From contig NZ_JALHLX010000004.1 in the NCBI RefSeq assembly GCF_022844385.1, forward strand, positions 14,832 to 78,831: a DNA stretch of 64,000 bases, in the 5' to 3' direction. The notes under the pieces were generated by a model. The model was not told the origin of the DNA. It saw only the letters and a program-made list of their open reading frames with translations, and did not search any database. The stretch is from Hydrogenophaga sp. GTDB lineage: Bacteria > Pseudomonadota > Gammaproteobacteria > Burkholderiales > Burkholderiaceae_C. Below are positions 26,676 to 36,754 of this stretch, one piece after another (position 1 is the stretch's first letter; each line of letters opens with the position of its first letter). Made by a program: the position numbers and the translations under genes.

Positions 26676-29600
26676 TCGCCGGGCTGATCCGCTGGAGCAT
26701 CGCCAACCGTTTCCTGGTGTTGCTGGCCACCGCATTGCTGAGCGCGTGGGGTGTGCTGGCCTTGCAGCGCACGCCGCTGGATGCGCTGCCCGACCTGTCC
26801 GACACGCAAGTCATCATCCGCACCACCTGGCCGGGGCAGGCGCCGCAGATCGTGGAGAACCAGGTCACCTACCCGCTGACCACCACCATGCTGTCGGTGC
26901 CGGGTGCGCGCGCGGTGCGTGGCTTCTCGATGTTCGGCGACAGCTTTGTCTATGTGCTGTTTGAAGACGATGTGGACCCGTATTGGGCGCGCTCGCGCGT
27001 GCTGGAGTACCTCAACCAGGTGCAGGCGCGCCTGCCGCGCGGCTCGACCTCATCCATCGGGCCCGACGCCACCGGCGTGGGCTGGATCTACCAATACGCC
27101 TTGGTCGACCGCACCGGCGGGCAGGACATTGCCCAACTGCGCGCCCTGCAGGACTGGTTCGTGCGCTTCGAGCTCAAGACCGTGCCCGATGTGGCCGAGG
27201 TGGCGAGCGTGGGCGGCATGGTCAGGCAGTACCAGATCGTGCTCGACCCCGACAAGATGGCCGCCTACCGCGTGACGCAGGCCATGGTGGCCGATGCGGT
27301 GGCGCGCGGCAACCAGGAGGCCGGGGGCTCGGTGCTGGAGCTGGGCGAGGCCGAGTACGCGGTGCGCGCCAATGGTTACCTGAAGACGCTGGACGACTTC
27401 CGCGCCATTCCGCTGATCACCAGCAGCGCCGGTGTGTCGGTGCGCCTGGGCGACGTGGCGCGGGTGCAGACCGGGCCCGAGATGCGGCGCGGCATCGGTG
27501 AGCTCAACGGCGAGGGCGAGGCCGTGGGTGGTGTGGTGGTGATGCGCTCGGGCAAGAACGCGCTGAAGACCATCGCGGCGGTGAAGACGCGGCTGGCAGA
27601 GCTGCAGCGCAGCCTGCCGGCGGGTGTGGAGATCGTGCCGGTGTACGACCGCTCGGGCCTGATCGAGCGCGCGGTGAAAAACCTGGGCGAAAAGCTGATT
27701 GAGGAGTTCATCGTGGTGGCGTTGGTGTGCCTGGCCTTTTTGTTCCACCTGCGCAGTGCGCTGGTGGCCAGCATCTCGCTGCCGCTGGGTGTGCTGATGG
27801 CGTTCATCGTGATGCAGCAGCAGGGCATCAATGCGAATGTGATGTCGCTGGGCGGCATTGCCATTGCCATCGGCGCCATGGTGGACGCGGCCATCGTGAT
27901 GATCGAGAACGCCCACAAGCACCTGGAGCGCTGGGCGCACCAGCACCCGGGCGAAACGCTGCAGGGCGAGCCGCGCTGGCGCGTGATCAGCGACGCTGCG
28001 GCTGAGGTGGGGCCAGCGCTGTTCTTCTCGCTGCTCATCATCACGCTGAGCTTCATCCCGGTGTTCACGCTGGAGGCGCAAGAGGGTCGGCTGTTCGCCC
28101 CGCTGGCCTTCACCAAGACCTACGCCATGGCGGCCTCCGCCGGGCTGGCCGTGACGCTGATCCCGGTGCTCATGGGCTATTTGATTCGCGGGCGCATTCC
28201 GGCCGAGACCGCCAACCCGCTGAACCGCGCGCTGATCGCCTTGTACCGCCCGGTGCTGGACGCGGTGCTCAAGGCGCCGAAGCTCACGCTGGTGGTGGCG
28301 GCGCTGGTGCTGGTGGTCAGCGTCTGGCCGCTGCGCCAGCTGGGCAGCGAGTTCATGCCGCCGCTGGACGAAGGCGATCTGCTCTACATGCCCACCGCGC
28401 TGCCTGGCCTCTCAGCCGCCAAGGCGGCCGAGCTGCTGCAGCAGACCGACCGCCTGATCAAGACCATTCCCGAAGTGCAAAGCGTGTACGGCAAGGCCGG
28501 GCGCGCCGAGACCGCCACCGACCCGGCGCCGCTGGAGATGTTCGAGACCACGATCCAGTTCAAGCCGCGTGACGAGTGGCGCGCCGGCCTCACGCCCGAG
28601 GCGCTGATCGAAGAGCTCGACCGCACCGTGCGCGTGCCGGGCCTCTCCAACATCTGGGTGCCACCCATCCGCAACCGCATCGACATGCTGGCCACCGGCA
28701 TCAAGAGCCCGGTGGGTGTGAAGGTGGCCGGGCCCGATCTCGCCACCATCGACCGCCTCACCGGCGAGATAGAAAAAGCAGTGAAGAACGTGCTTGGTGT
28801 GAGCAGCGCGCTGGCCGAGCGCCTCACGGGCGGGCGCTACATCGACGTGGACATCCGCCGTGCGGACGCCGCGCGCTACGGGCTGAACATCGCCGACGTG
28901 CAGGACATCGTGGCTGGCGGTGTGGGCGGCATGAACATCGGCGAAACGGTGGAGGGCCTGCAACGCTTCCCGATCAACCTGCGCTACCCACGCGAGCTGC
29001 GCGATTCGCTGCCGGAGCTGCGCGCGCTGCCCATCGTGGCGCCGGGCGGCCAGCGGCTGGTGTTGTCCGACGTGGCCGACCTGCGCATCAACGAAGGGCC
29101 GCTCATGCTGCGCAGCGAAAACGCGCGCCTGGCCGGCTTTGTGTACGTGGACATCCGCGGGCGCGATCTGCGCGGCGCGGTGCTCGACATGCAGCGCGCG
29201 GTGGCCGAGCAAGTGGCGCTGCCCGCGGGGTACTCCGTGTCGTGGTCGGGGCAGTTCGAATTCCTGGAGCGCGCCACCGCCAAGCTCAAGCTGGTGGTGC
29301 CGGTCACGTTGCTCATCATCTTCGTGCTGCTGTACCTGATCTTCCGCCGCTTCGACGAAGCCCTGTTGATCATGGCCACGCTGCCGTTCGCGCTGGTGGG
29401 CGGGGTGTGGTTCCTCTGGCTGCTCGGGCACAACCTGTCGGTGGCCAGCGTGGTGGGCTTCATTGCGCTGGCCGGTGTGGCGGCCGAGTTCGGCGTGATC
29501 ATGCTGATCTACCTCAAGCAGGCCTGGCAGGAACGGCTGGACGCCGGGCGCACGGACGAACCGTCGTTGCTGGAAGCGATCCGGGAGGGCGCAGTGATGC

Positions 29601-29806
29601 GGGTGCGGCCCAAGGCCATGACGGTGGCCACCATCGTGGCCGGCTTGCTGCCGCTGTTCTGGGGCATGGGCACCGGCAGCGAGGTCATGCAGCGCATCGC
29701 CGCACCCATGATTGGCGGGATGATCAGCGCACCGCTGCTGTCACTGCTGGTGGTGCCGGTGGTCTATCGGTTGATGCGGCGGCCGCGCAAAGCGTCCACT
29801 GTTTAG
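26672..29806 (+). CDS. cusA: CusA/SilA heavy-metal RND efflux permease
   Basis: [74 protein letters not shown]. Confidence 0.95.
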   Translation: MIAGLIRWSIANRFLVLLATALLSAWGVLALQRTPLDALPDLSDTQVIIRTTWPGQAPQIVENQVTYPLTTTMLSVPGARAVRGFSMFGDSFVYVLFEDDVDPYWARSRVLEYLNQVQARLPRGSTSSIGPDATGVGWIYQYALVDRTGGQDIAQLRALQDWFVRFELKTVPDVAEVASVGGMVRQYQIVLDPDKMAAYRVTQAMVADAVARGNQEAGGSVLELGEAEYAVRANGYLKTLDDFRAIPLITSSAGVSVRLGDVARVQTGPEMRRGIGELNGEGEAVGGVVVMRSGKNALKTIAAVKTRLAELQRSLPAGVEIVPVYDRSGLIERAVKNLGEKLIEEFIVVALVCLAFLFHLRSALVASISLPLGVLMAFIVMQQQGINANVMSLGGIAIAIGAMVDAAIVMIENAHKHLERWAHQHPGETLQGEPRWRVISDAAAEVGPALFFSLLIITLSFIPVFTLEAQEGRLFAPLAFTKTYAMAASAGLAVTLIPVLMGYLIRGRIPAETANPLNRALIALYRPVLDAVLKAPKLTLVVAALVLVVSVWPLRQLGSEFMPPLDEGDLLYMPTALPGLSAAKAAELLQQTDRLIKTIPEVQSVYGKAGRAETATDPAPLEMFETTIQFKPRDEWRAGLTPEALIEELDRTVRVPGLSNIWVPPIRNRIDMLATGIKSPVGVKVAGPDLATIDRLTGEIEKAVKNVLGVSSALAERLTGGRYIDVDIRRADAARYGLNIADVQDIVAGGVGGMNIGETVEGLQRFPINLRYPRELRDSLPELRALPIVAPGGQRLVLSDVADLRINEGPLMLRSENARLAGFVYVDIRGRDLRGAVLDMQRAVAEQVALPAGYSVSWSGQFEFLERATAKLKLVVPVTLLIIFVLLYLIFRRFDEALLIMATLPFALVGGVWFLWLLGHNLSVASVVGFIALAGVAAEFGVIMLIYLKQAWQERLDAGRTDEPSLLEAIREGAVMRVRPKAMTVATIVAGLLPLFWGMGTGSEVMQRIAAPMIGGMISAPLLSLLVVPVVYRLMRRPRKASTV

Positions 29807-30350
29807 GAACTCGGTGGGAACGCAGAATGCTTCTAGGCAACACGCCTGCATGAAATCCATGTGCAGACCGAACTGGGAACGCATATTCCAGCGAGGGGCT
29901 GCCCGCAACTTCTGCGGAAATACCGCTGTCGGGGGCGCTACCGCCGTTCTCGATACAGCCAGCAATCGACCGGTGATTGCCCCTTTCAACCGCTCAAGCC
30001 CTTGAGCGCGAATGTTCGAGACCCTGTTGAAGAGACGGACACGCAGAAATTGCAAGCGTATTGGACTGGCAATGGACTTCAGAGAATTTGTTCCCCAAGA
30101 ACTGCAAAGATGTGTCGGGTCTGCACTCGATCTCGTGACGGCACACCGCATAGCCAAAGGCTTGGTACTCGACCAAGAGAGAGTGACGGCGATGCATGAG
30201 TCACTCGAAGAACCACTTGTAGCGGCGTTCAGCGAGTTCGACATTGGCTTGTCTCTATTCGCTCAGCGGAGGTGCATGGACACCGCAGACAAAACGCAGC
30301 ACCGAACATCGATCAGCAGGGATCGTAGCTTGGACTGCGCTATGCTGGAA

Positions 30351-30366
30351 CCGTAGCTAACTACAG
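30351..30366. promoter_or_regulatory. Vestigial MerR operator-like palindrome CCGTA-N6-TACAG
   Basis: CCGTAGCTAACTACAG lies 8 nt before the merR ATG, the position the operator has in divergent Tn21/Tn501-type loci. Confidence 0.55.
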
Positions 30367-30374
30367 AGCATCGA

Positions 30375-30803
30375 ATGAACCTGCACAACGATCACCTGAC
30401 CATTGGCGAGTTTGGTGCCCTTGCCGGCGTCGGTGTGGAAACGATCAGGTTCTATCAGCGCAAGAGGCTGCTGTCCGAGCCAACGCGGCAGGCCGGGAGC
30501 ATCCGCCGCTATGGCGCTGCCGACGTTGAAAGGCTGCGCTTTATCAAGTCCGCGCAGAGTGTGGGGTTCAGCTTGGATGAAGTCGGGGAGCTTCTGAGAC
30601 TTGAGGATGGTGCCCAATGCAAGCAGGCAAGCGCCCTTGCAGAAGCAAAACTTGTCGAGATCCGAAGGAAGTTGGCGGAGTTGGCGCGCATGGAAGTGGC
30701 TCTGTCCGGCCTGGTGAAGGCTTGCCGCGTTGGTCGGGGCAAGGTGGCTTGCCCGCTGATCGCTTCCTTTCATGCACCGACCGAAACCAATTGCTCTGAA
30801 TGA
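30375..30803 (+). CDS. merR: Hg(II)-responsive transcriptional regulator MerR
   Basis: [31 protein letters not shown], three Cys in GAQC...VKAC...VACPLI. Confidence 0.9.
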   Translation: MNLHNDHLTIGEFGALAGVGVETIRFYQRKRLLSEPTRQAGSIRRYGAADVERLRFIKSAQSVGFSLDEVGELLRLEDGAQCKQASALAEAKLVEIRRKLAELARMEVALSGLVKACRVGRGKVACPLIASFHAPTETNCSE

Positions 30804-30842
30804 GCCCAGGTACGCTGGAGTGACCACCCTGGTCCAATGGCC

Positions 30843-30873
30843 TTGACTCCGTAGCCTAGTACGGCCTTAGTCT
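30843..30873 (+). promoter_or_regulatory. MerR-type promoter/operator: TTGACT, 19-bp spacer with CCGTA-N6-TACGG, then TAGTCT
   Basis: Read directly from the sequence; the long spacer and dyad are hallmarks of PmerT. Confidence 0.88.
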
Positions 30874-30880
30874 TGGCAGC

Positions 30881-31252
30881 ATGAACACTGAGAAACCGCC
30901 GACACAAGGAGCCTCGAGCTCCGCATCTCCTGTACTTGGGGCAGCGATCTTTGCCGCTTTGGTGGCCTCTCTTTGCTGCGTTGCCCCATTGGTCCTGGTC
31001 TTAATTGGCGTGTCAGGCGCCTGGATCGGGCAGCTCACTGCCTTCGAGCAGTACCAGCCCATCTTCCTTGCGATAGCCGGCCTGGCCCTCTTCATGGCCT
31101 GGCGCATGATTTGGCGCGCACCTGTGTGCGAGGACGATCGCGCCTGTGCTACGCCAGAGGGCAAGCATGCCCAGAAAACTGTTTTCGTGATGGGGGTGAT
31201 CCTCCTCGTCGTCGTTCTTGGATTTCCTCTTGTCGCCCCACTGTTCTATTGA
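30881..31252 (+). CDS. merT: Mercuric transport protein MerT
   Basis: ASLCCVAPLVLVLIGVSGAWIGQLT, cytoplasmic VCEDDRAC. Confidence 0.9.
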   Translation: MNTEKPPTQGASSSASPVLGAAIFAALVASLCCVAPLVLVLIGVSGAWIGQLTAFEQYQPIFLAIAGLALFMAWRMIWRAPVCEDDRACATPEGKHAQKTVFVMGVILLVVVLGFPLVAPLFY

Positions 31253-31259
31253 GGTTGAA

Positions 31260-31541
31260 ATGAAAACTGCACTCTTCGTTCTCGCGGTCTTCGCAACTGG
31301 TCCTGCTTTCGCCGACACCCGGACCGTCACCTTGTCTGTACCCACAATGAGCTGCGCGTCTTGTCCCGTGACGATCAAGGCCGCGCTATCAAAGGTGCCT
31401 GGCGTCGCCTCCATCAAGAGCGACCTCGCCAAGCGGCAGACGACTGTGGTGTACGACGACACCAAGGTAGATGTGGCGACCCTTTCGAGGGCCACTGAAA
31501 ACGCCGGCTTCCCATCAACACCCGTGAAGGTGGCCAAGTGA
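31260..31541 (+). CDS. merP: Periplasmic mercury-binding protein MerP
   Basis: Signal peptide, TVTLSVPTMSCASCPVTIKAAL, TENAGFPS. Confidence 0.9.
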   Translation: MKTALFVLAVFATGPAFADTRTVTLSVPTMSCASCPVTIKAALSKVPGVASIKSDLAKRQTTVVYDDTKVDVATLSRATENAGFPSTPVKVAK

Positions 31542-31759
31542 CAACGCAGCCGGAACTGATCTCCGTGTTGACCTGCCCAAGCTGCGGACACGCGAAGGTC
31601 GAGACCATGCCCACGGATGCGTGTCAGTGGTTCTACGACTGCGAGGGGTGCGGCGCAGTGCTAAAGCCAAAGGCCGGCGACTGCTGCGTCTACTGCTCCT
31701 ACGGCACCGTTGCGTGTCCCCCGGTACAGGCGAGCGTGTCCAAAGGCTGCTGCGGCTGA
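31538..31759 (+). CDS. GDCCVxC domain Cys-rich small protein
   Basis: LTCPSCGH...ACQWFYDCEGCG...KPKAGDCCVYCSYGTVACPPVQ; the GTG start overlaps the merP stop. Confidence 0.88.
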   Translation: MTTQPELISVLTCPSCGHAKVETMPTDACQWFYDCEGCGAVLKPKAGDCCVYCSYGTVACPPVQASVSKGCCG

Positions 31760-31809
31760 TATCAGCACGACAGACCCATAGTCTGACCACTTACACACGA
31801 ACCCCGGGA

Positions 31810-31947
31810 ATGACCATGATGAACTGTATGGATGGAATGAGCGGAATGGGCTTGATGATGGCGCCAACTGTGCTGATTTTGCTTTTGGCTCTGCTTGGCC
31901 TGGTACTTGGCACAGGGGTGCTACTAAGACAATTCCGGAAAAGCTGA
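31810..31947 (+). CDS. Small Met-rich single-pass membrane protein (putative)
   Basis: MTMMNCMDGMSGMGLMM followed by one hydrophobic helix; a pattern common in metal-resistance loci. Confidence 0.5.
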   Translation: MTMMNCMDGMSGMGLMMAPTVLILLLALLGLVLGTGVLLRQFRKS

Positions 31948-31999
31948 CTATTTCAGGCAATGCGGGCCACCCTCTCCCGCGCCGCCCCGATCTCGACAT

Positions 32000-32284
32000 T
32001 CACCATGCTGGACATGGGTGAGAGCTGCTGCCGGTGGTGGCGAACGACTTCACCTTGTCCCCCAGTGCTGCAAACTCCCGATATGCAGAGGGGATCACCT
32101 GCCAGCAGGAATATTGCACCTGCAGGAAACTCCGCGGAATCAGGCAATGGGCATTAGGGTCGAACTTGTCCATGTAGATCGTTCCGTCCAGCAGCACGTT
32201 CACCACCATCGTGCCGCCTGGCACAAGGTGAATCTACCGCTCGAAATGCCGGTCGAAAAACTCAACACTGCGGTTGGTGCCCAT
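32000..32284 (-). pseudogene. Remnant of a class I SAM-dependent methyltransferase
   Basis: The N-terminus MGTNRSVEFFDRHFER ends at TAG. Downstream, PGGTMVVNVLLDGTIYMDKFDP...VKSFAT resembles the family C-terminus; the central SAM-binding part is missing. Family recalled, not searched. Confidence 0.45.
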
Positions 32285-32361
32285 GGGTGTCTCTCTAGTG
32301 GATTCCGACGCGCAGGACAGGCCGCGCCTGAATGGGTCGACAGCACCTATACCGAAGGTAC

Positions 32362-33789
32362 ATGATCAACAGGGTCGTTTACACCAACCCAGAGATCCCC
32401 CGCATGCTCAAGGAAGTTTTTGATGCCATCGTCGTCGGCGCTGGCCAGGCAGGCCCCGCCCTGGCCGCGCGCTGTGCCCGCGAAGGGCTGCGCACCGCCG
32501 TGATCGAGCGCCATCTTTTCGGCGGTACCTGCGTGAATGTGGGCTGCGTGCCCACCAAGACACTGGTGGCCAGCGCGCGTGCCGTGCGCCAGGCGCAGCG
32601 CGGCGCCGAGTACGGCTTTGACGCGGGAGACATCCGGGTGAACATGGCGCGGGTGAAGGCGCGCAAGGAAGGCATCGTGCTGCACTCGCGGCAGGCGGTG
32701 GAGGCGTGGATGCGGGGTCTCGCCCACACCGAGGTGATCACCGGTGAGGCGCGCTTCGTGGCGCCGGCCACGCTGGAGGTGAATGGCCGTCAGCTCACAG
32801 CACCGCGCATCTTCCTCAACGTGGGTGGACGCTCGGTGCGCCCGGAACTGCAGGGCATTGACGACGTGCCCACCCTGGACAACGTATCGATCATGGAGCT
32901 GGCGACCGTGCCCGAGCACTTGGTCATTGTGGGCGGCAGCTACATCGGCCTGGAGTTCGCGCAGATGATGCGGCGCTTCGGCGCCCAGGTGACAGTGGTG
33001 GAGCGCTCGGCGCGTCTGCTACCGCGCGAAGACGCCGACGTGTCGGACTGCATCCGCGAGATTCTTCAGGCAGAAGGTGTGCGCTTCGAACTGGAGGCTG
33101 ATTGCCTGTCGCTCGCGCAGCGCGCTGATGGCATCGCGGTGGGCGCGCAATGCTCGGATGAACGAGCACCCATCGTCGCCAGCCATGTGCTGTTGGCCGT
33201 GGGCCGCCGCCCCAACACCGACGGACTCGGCCTGGAGAGCGCCGGTATCCGCATGGACGCCAAGGGCTATATCGAAGTGGACGACCAGTGCCGCACCAGC
33301 GCTGAGGGTGTGTGGGCGGTGGGTGACTGCAACGGCAAAGGCGCTTTCACGCACACCGCCTGGAACGACCACGAGATCGTCGTTGCGAACCTGTTCGACA
33401 ACGACCCGCGGCGCATCTCGGACCGCATCCCCTGCTATGCGCTCTTCATCGACCCGGCCCTGGGCCGCATGGGAATGTCCGAGACCGAAGCCCGTGCGAG
33501 TGGGCGGCGGGTGTTGATGGGCAAGATGCCGATGCAGAAGGTGGGCCGCGCGCGCGAAGCGGGTGAAACCCAGGGCTTCATGAAGGTACTGGTGGACGCC
33601 GACACGCGGCTGCTGATGGGCGCGGCCATCCTCGGACTCAATGGCGACGAAGTGGTGCACAGCCTGCTGGACCAGATGGCCGCCGGACAGCCCTGCGACG
33701 TGATGGCGCGCACTGTACATATTCACCCCACGGTGTCGGAGCTGCTGCCCACGCTGCTGCAGCAGTTGAAGCCACTGGACGGGCACTGA
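32362..33789 (+). CDS. FAD-containing class I disulfide oxidoreductase (MerA-like/RclA-like), lacking NmerA and the C-terminal CysCys
   Basis: VVGAGQAG, GGTCVNVGCVPTK, VGGSYIGLE, AVGDCNG, HIHPT; ends LKPLDGH. Confidence 0.88.
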   Translation: MINRVVYTNPEIPRMLKEVFDAIVVGAGQAGPALAARCAREGLRTAVIERHLFGGTCVNVGCVPTKTLVASARAVRQAQRGAEYGFDAGDIRVNMARVKARKEGIVLHSRQAVEAWMRGLAHTEVITGEARFVAPATLEVNGRQLTAPRIFLNVGGRSVRPELQGIDDVPTLDNVSIMELATVPEHLVIVGGSYIGLEFAQMMRRFGAQVTVVERSARLLPREDADVSDCIREILQAEGVRFELEADCLSLAQRADGIAVGAQCSDERAPIVASHVLLAVGRRPNTDGLGLESAGIRMDAKGYIEVDDQCRTSAEGVWAVGDCNGKGAFTHTAWNDHEIVVANLFDNDPRRISDRIPCYALFIDPALGRMGMSETEARASGRRVLMGKMPMQKVGRAREAGETQGFMKVLVDADTRLLMGAAILGLNGDEVVHSLLDQMAAGQPCDVMARTVHIHPTVSELLPTLLQQLKPLDGH

Positions 33790-33924
33790 GAGCGCTTCAC
33801 AACATCAGCCTTTGGCGCTTTATTCCCCACGATACTCCGTGAAGCCATTCCAAGGAGCCTAGGGTGGGCCACTTCGACTAGCTAAGTTATAGGACGCGTA
33901 AGTTTGTTGCATTACTATGTGCAG

Positions 33925-34398
33925 ATGACCTCATTCGCCGACTCTCTCAAAAAAGAAATCGCCCGAGTTGCCCGCAAGGAACTGCGAGAAGAAATTGCAG
34001 CGATGCGCAAGACATCTACGGCTCATCGTTCCGAAATCGCTGCGTTGAAGAAGCAGCTGAAGGCCGTGCAGGCACATGTCAACCGGATGAATAGGAATCA
34101 GGGCAAAGGCAAGGTGGAAAAGGTTCGGGTCGCGGAGCGTGCAGTACAAGAATCGAGCGCAGTGCAAATTAAAGGGAAACCGGGGCGCAAAGTGGTGTTC
34201 ACGTCCGAACGCCTTAAGGCTCAACGCGCCAGATTGGGATTTACCCAAGAGCAGATGGCCAAGCTCTTGGAGGTTTCATCACTTTCGATCTGGAAGTGGG
34301 AGTCTGGCGGGGCTTCTCCTCGCGCCTCGAGAGTGCCGCAGATCCTGGAGCGTCTGGCCCTTGGTAAGCGTGAGGCGGAGTCGCAGATTGCCGCTTGA
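33925..34398 (+). CDS. Coiled-coil plus C-terminal XRE/Cro HTH DNA-binding protein
   Basis: LKKEIARVARKELR coiled coil; RARLGFTQEQMAKLLEVSSLSIWKWESG HTH. Confidence 0.8.
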   Translation: MTSFADSLKKEIARVARKELREEIAAMRKTSTAHRSEIAALKKQLKAVQAHVNRMNRNQGKGKVEKVRVAERAVQESSAVQIKGKPGRKVVFTSERLKAQRARLGFTQEQMAKLLEVSSLSIWKWESGGASPRASRVPQILERLALGKREAESQIAA

Positions 34399-34481
34399 AT
34401 GCGCATTACTTCAGTAGTCACCCCTGGCTAGCCTAAAAACGGCTTCATCACGCTAACCCAAGTTTGATTTTCAAAGCCGAA

Positions 34482-34987
34482 CTACTGCCCTGCAGCGAGT
34501 GTTGTGCTTATTCCACCTCCTTCTGCCGTTTCACCAATCACAACTATTGTGGCCCCCAAGGCCGCCACCATATGCTCTGTCACCGACAGGAAGAACGCCT
34601 GTCCGATTTTGGGTGAAACCCCTTCAGCGAGATTGATCAGCATGTTGCGGCGCCGCTTCTCTTCAGCCACATTGAGGACGAAGGAGAGGGCACATGCTTC
34701 GCCTTCTATGTCGATGATCTCGGCCCATACCTTGACCTCGACCAGTTCGCCCTTGAGGTTGCACACCTCTGTTTCGTAGCCCATCAGGCGACCGTTGCGC
34801 CGTATGGTGTTGACATAGTTTTCGCGCACCTGTTTGCTTGGCCAGATACCTGTTTCCAGCGATGTCTTCCCAATGAAGTGTTGGGGAGGACCACCAAACA
34901 CCTGCTCGCATGCGTCGTTGACCTCAAGGTAAAGCCCGTCTTTCAGGCGTGTCAGGGTCATGCAAATCGGACTTGGGTTGTCTCGGG
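34482..34987 (-). pseudogene. PAS-domain fragment of a signalling protein
   Basis: SPICMTLTRLKDGLYLEVNDAC...FIGKTSLETGIW...VKVWAEII PAS motifs, then the start of a GAF-like segment that is cut off; no credible start. Confidence 0.6.
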
Positions 34988-36016
34988 TTATGCCGTAAGG
35001 GCGATCCACTCGTCGAGATGGGCGTCGAACACTTGAAGTTCGGCGTCGAAATCGCTCATGCTGCACGCAATGCTCTGACGCACCAGCGTGCGGCAGGCGT
35101 TCTCGAGTTCGGCGCAGAGATCGCCCAAGTTCAGCGCACCAACCGACCTCGAAGACGACTTCAACTCGTGGGCGATAGATCCCAGACGGGCGAAGTCTTC
35201 GGCCAGAAACGCCGCGTCCATACGTTCCGCAAGACGGCGGGACGATATCTGGTATTCGCGCAGCAAGCCACGCACCATTGCCGGGTCATCGCCAATCAGA
35301 CTGTTGAGCAATTCGATGTGCATCACGCCCGCCGCCGTCCTCAGCGCCGACGCGTTGGCGCCCGGAACGGAACTTGACTCGCTGCGCCCTACTTCCTGTG
35401 GTAACCACTTCCGCAACGCTGCCTCGAACAGGTGCAGCTGCATCGGCTTGGTCAGGCAGGCGTCCATGCCGGCCGCCTCGGCACGGATCGCCTCGCCCCG
35501 CAAGGCATTGGCGGTCAGCGCAAGAATTGGCAGGCGCTGTTGCCCGGGTCGTTGCCGCCTGGCCTCTTCTCGACGAATCGCCTGCGCTAGGCTGTAACCA
35601 TCCATGTCGGGCATGTGCAGGTCGGTTAGCAGCAACGCATAGGGGCCGCTGTCAAGAAGTCGCAAAGCCTCTGCCCCGTTGCTGGCCACCTCCCCTGCGT
35701 AGCCCAGTACTTCGATCTGGCGCAGGATGACAATCTGATTTATTCGGTCGTCCTCCGCAATCAGAATCAGTCGGCCCTGGGCGCGCGCTTCTGCCACGGT
35801 CGGTGCGCGCAGCGGCTGGTTGGGGAATGGGATGTCGCGAAATGCTGGGGTGCGAGAGGACGCCCGCCCAGCTGCAAAGGCGACCATGCGCACCAAAGTG
35901 GCCGATTGCAGGCCGTTGCCGTCCAGTGAAGTCGCCTGCGGTGCGGGAATGGCCGTGCAAATCTGCGCACCGCGCGTGATGAACAGGTGCCTGACTGTAT
36001 GCACACACGCAGCCAA
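34988..36016 (-). pseudogene. Receiver plus Hpt C-terminal part of a hybrid histidine kinase
   Basis: ILIAEDDRIN, LLLTDLHMPDMDG, ALTANA, LTKP, AHELKSSSRSVGA. No kinase domains upstream and the N-terminus looks non-coding. It could still express a standalone REC-Hpt protein. Confidence 0.65.
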
Positions 36017-36354
36017 GCGGTGGCGCTCTCCATTCAGCGCGGTCTGGTACCGGAGGCGGATCTGAACTGAGAGCTATGCTGAGAACGCTAAGCAAACGCA
36101 ATCGGACTGCGTGCAACGTCAGCCTCAAGACGCGCTGTGACGCCACGTCTCATTGATCAGGGCCAACCGAAGGGCACCTATTAATCCGGTTGCCGTCGCT
36201 ATTGGGCTGGGACTGCTCACCGCGCTCTTCTTGGGTGGCAAGTAAGAAACCGTGGAGGCGGCGGGCTCCTTCCGATTCCTCACCAGTGAGCTTTCCTCTC
36301 TCTTGCAGAACACGCCGACCTAATCGCTTGGCCACGAAGGGCACCAACCAGACC

Positions 36355-36630
36355 TTACCGGCCAGCGCGGCGGGACTGCCCTACTTCCTTACGATATCGC
36401 AGCGCCATCGCCTGCGTAAGTTCAACGACATCCACCTCGAGTGCTTCCGCAAGCCGAAAAAACACGGCAAGTGAGGGCTGGGTCTCAGCGATCTCCAGCC
36501 GAGCCACAAACGAGCGATGTACTCCCGCCCGGTGAGCGAGTTCTTCCTGACTGATTTTCAAGCTGGCGCGGCGTGACTTGATCTCTGCCGCAGCAGCACG
36601 GAGGACCGGTAGGTCCTGAGCTTTTCGCAT
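36355..36630 (-). CDS. XRE family HTH transcriptional regulator
   Basis: RRASLKISQEELAHRAGVHRSFVARLEIAETQPSL. Confidence 0.85.
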   Translation of the reverse strand: MRKAQDLPVLRAAAAEIKSRRASLKISQEELAHRAGVHRSFVARLEIAETQPSLAVFFRLAEALEVDVVELTQAMALRYRKEVGQSRRAGR

Positions 36631-36666
36631 GCCCCGCACTGTGGGCAGACTGGCTCATTTATGCAC

Positions 36667-36690
36667 CTGCATATATGGTACAAAATGCAG
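36667..36690. promoter_or_regulatory. Inverted repeat CTGCAT-N12-ATGCAG in an AT-rich divergent promoter region
   Basis: Lies between the XRE gene and the four-gene operon; candidate XRE operator. Confidence 0.45.
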
Positions 36691-36754
36691 ATCAACATAC
36701 CGATTGAGTGCTCTTCTAGGGAGTACGACCCAAGGCACTACCCACAGGAAGCCG

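Noticed and set aside
29810-30350. Possible small genes or an IS remnant between cusA and merR (ORFs 29861-30199 and 30012-30356)
   Set aside because: No recognisable motifs, RBS or terminal repeats; left as an unexplained spacer.
810-31759. Selenocysteine (UGA) recoding in SelD, ArsS, GDCCVxC, thioredoxin and peroxiredoxin-like genes
   Set aside because: The relevant positions are Cys codons and the stops fall at normal protein ends; no read-through evidence.
32362-33789. Calling this gene merA
   Set aside because: It lacks the NmerA domain, the C-terminal CysCys pair and the YPT motif.
35594-35620. TGTAACC at 35594 as another ECF promoter
   Set aside because: It lies inside the receiver-domain coding region and has no CG(A/T) element at the right spacing.
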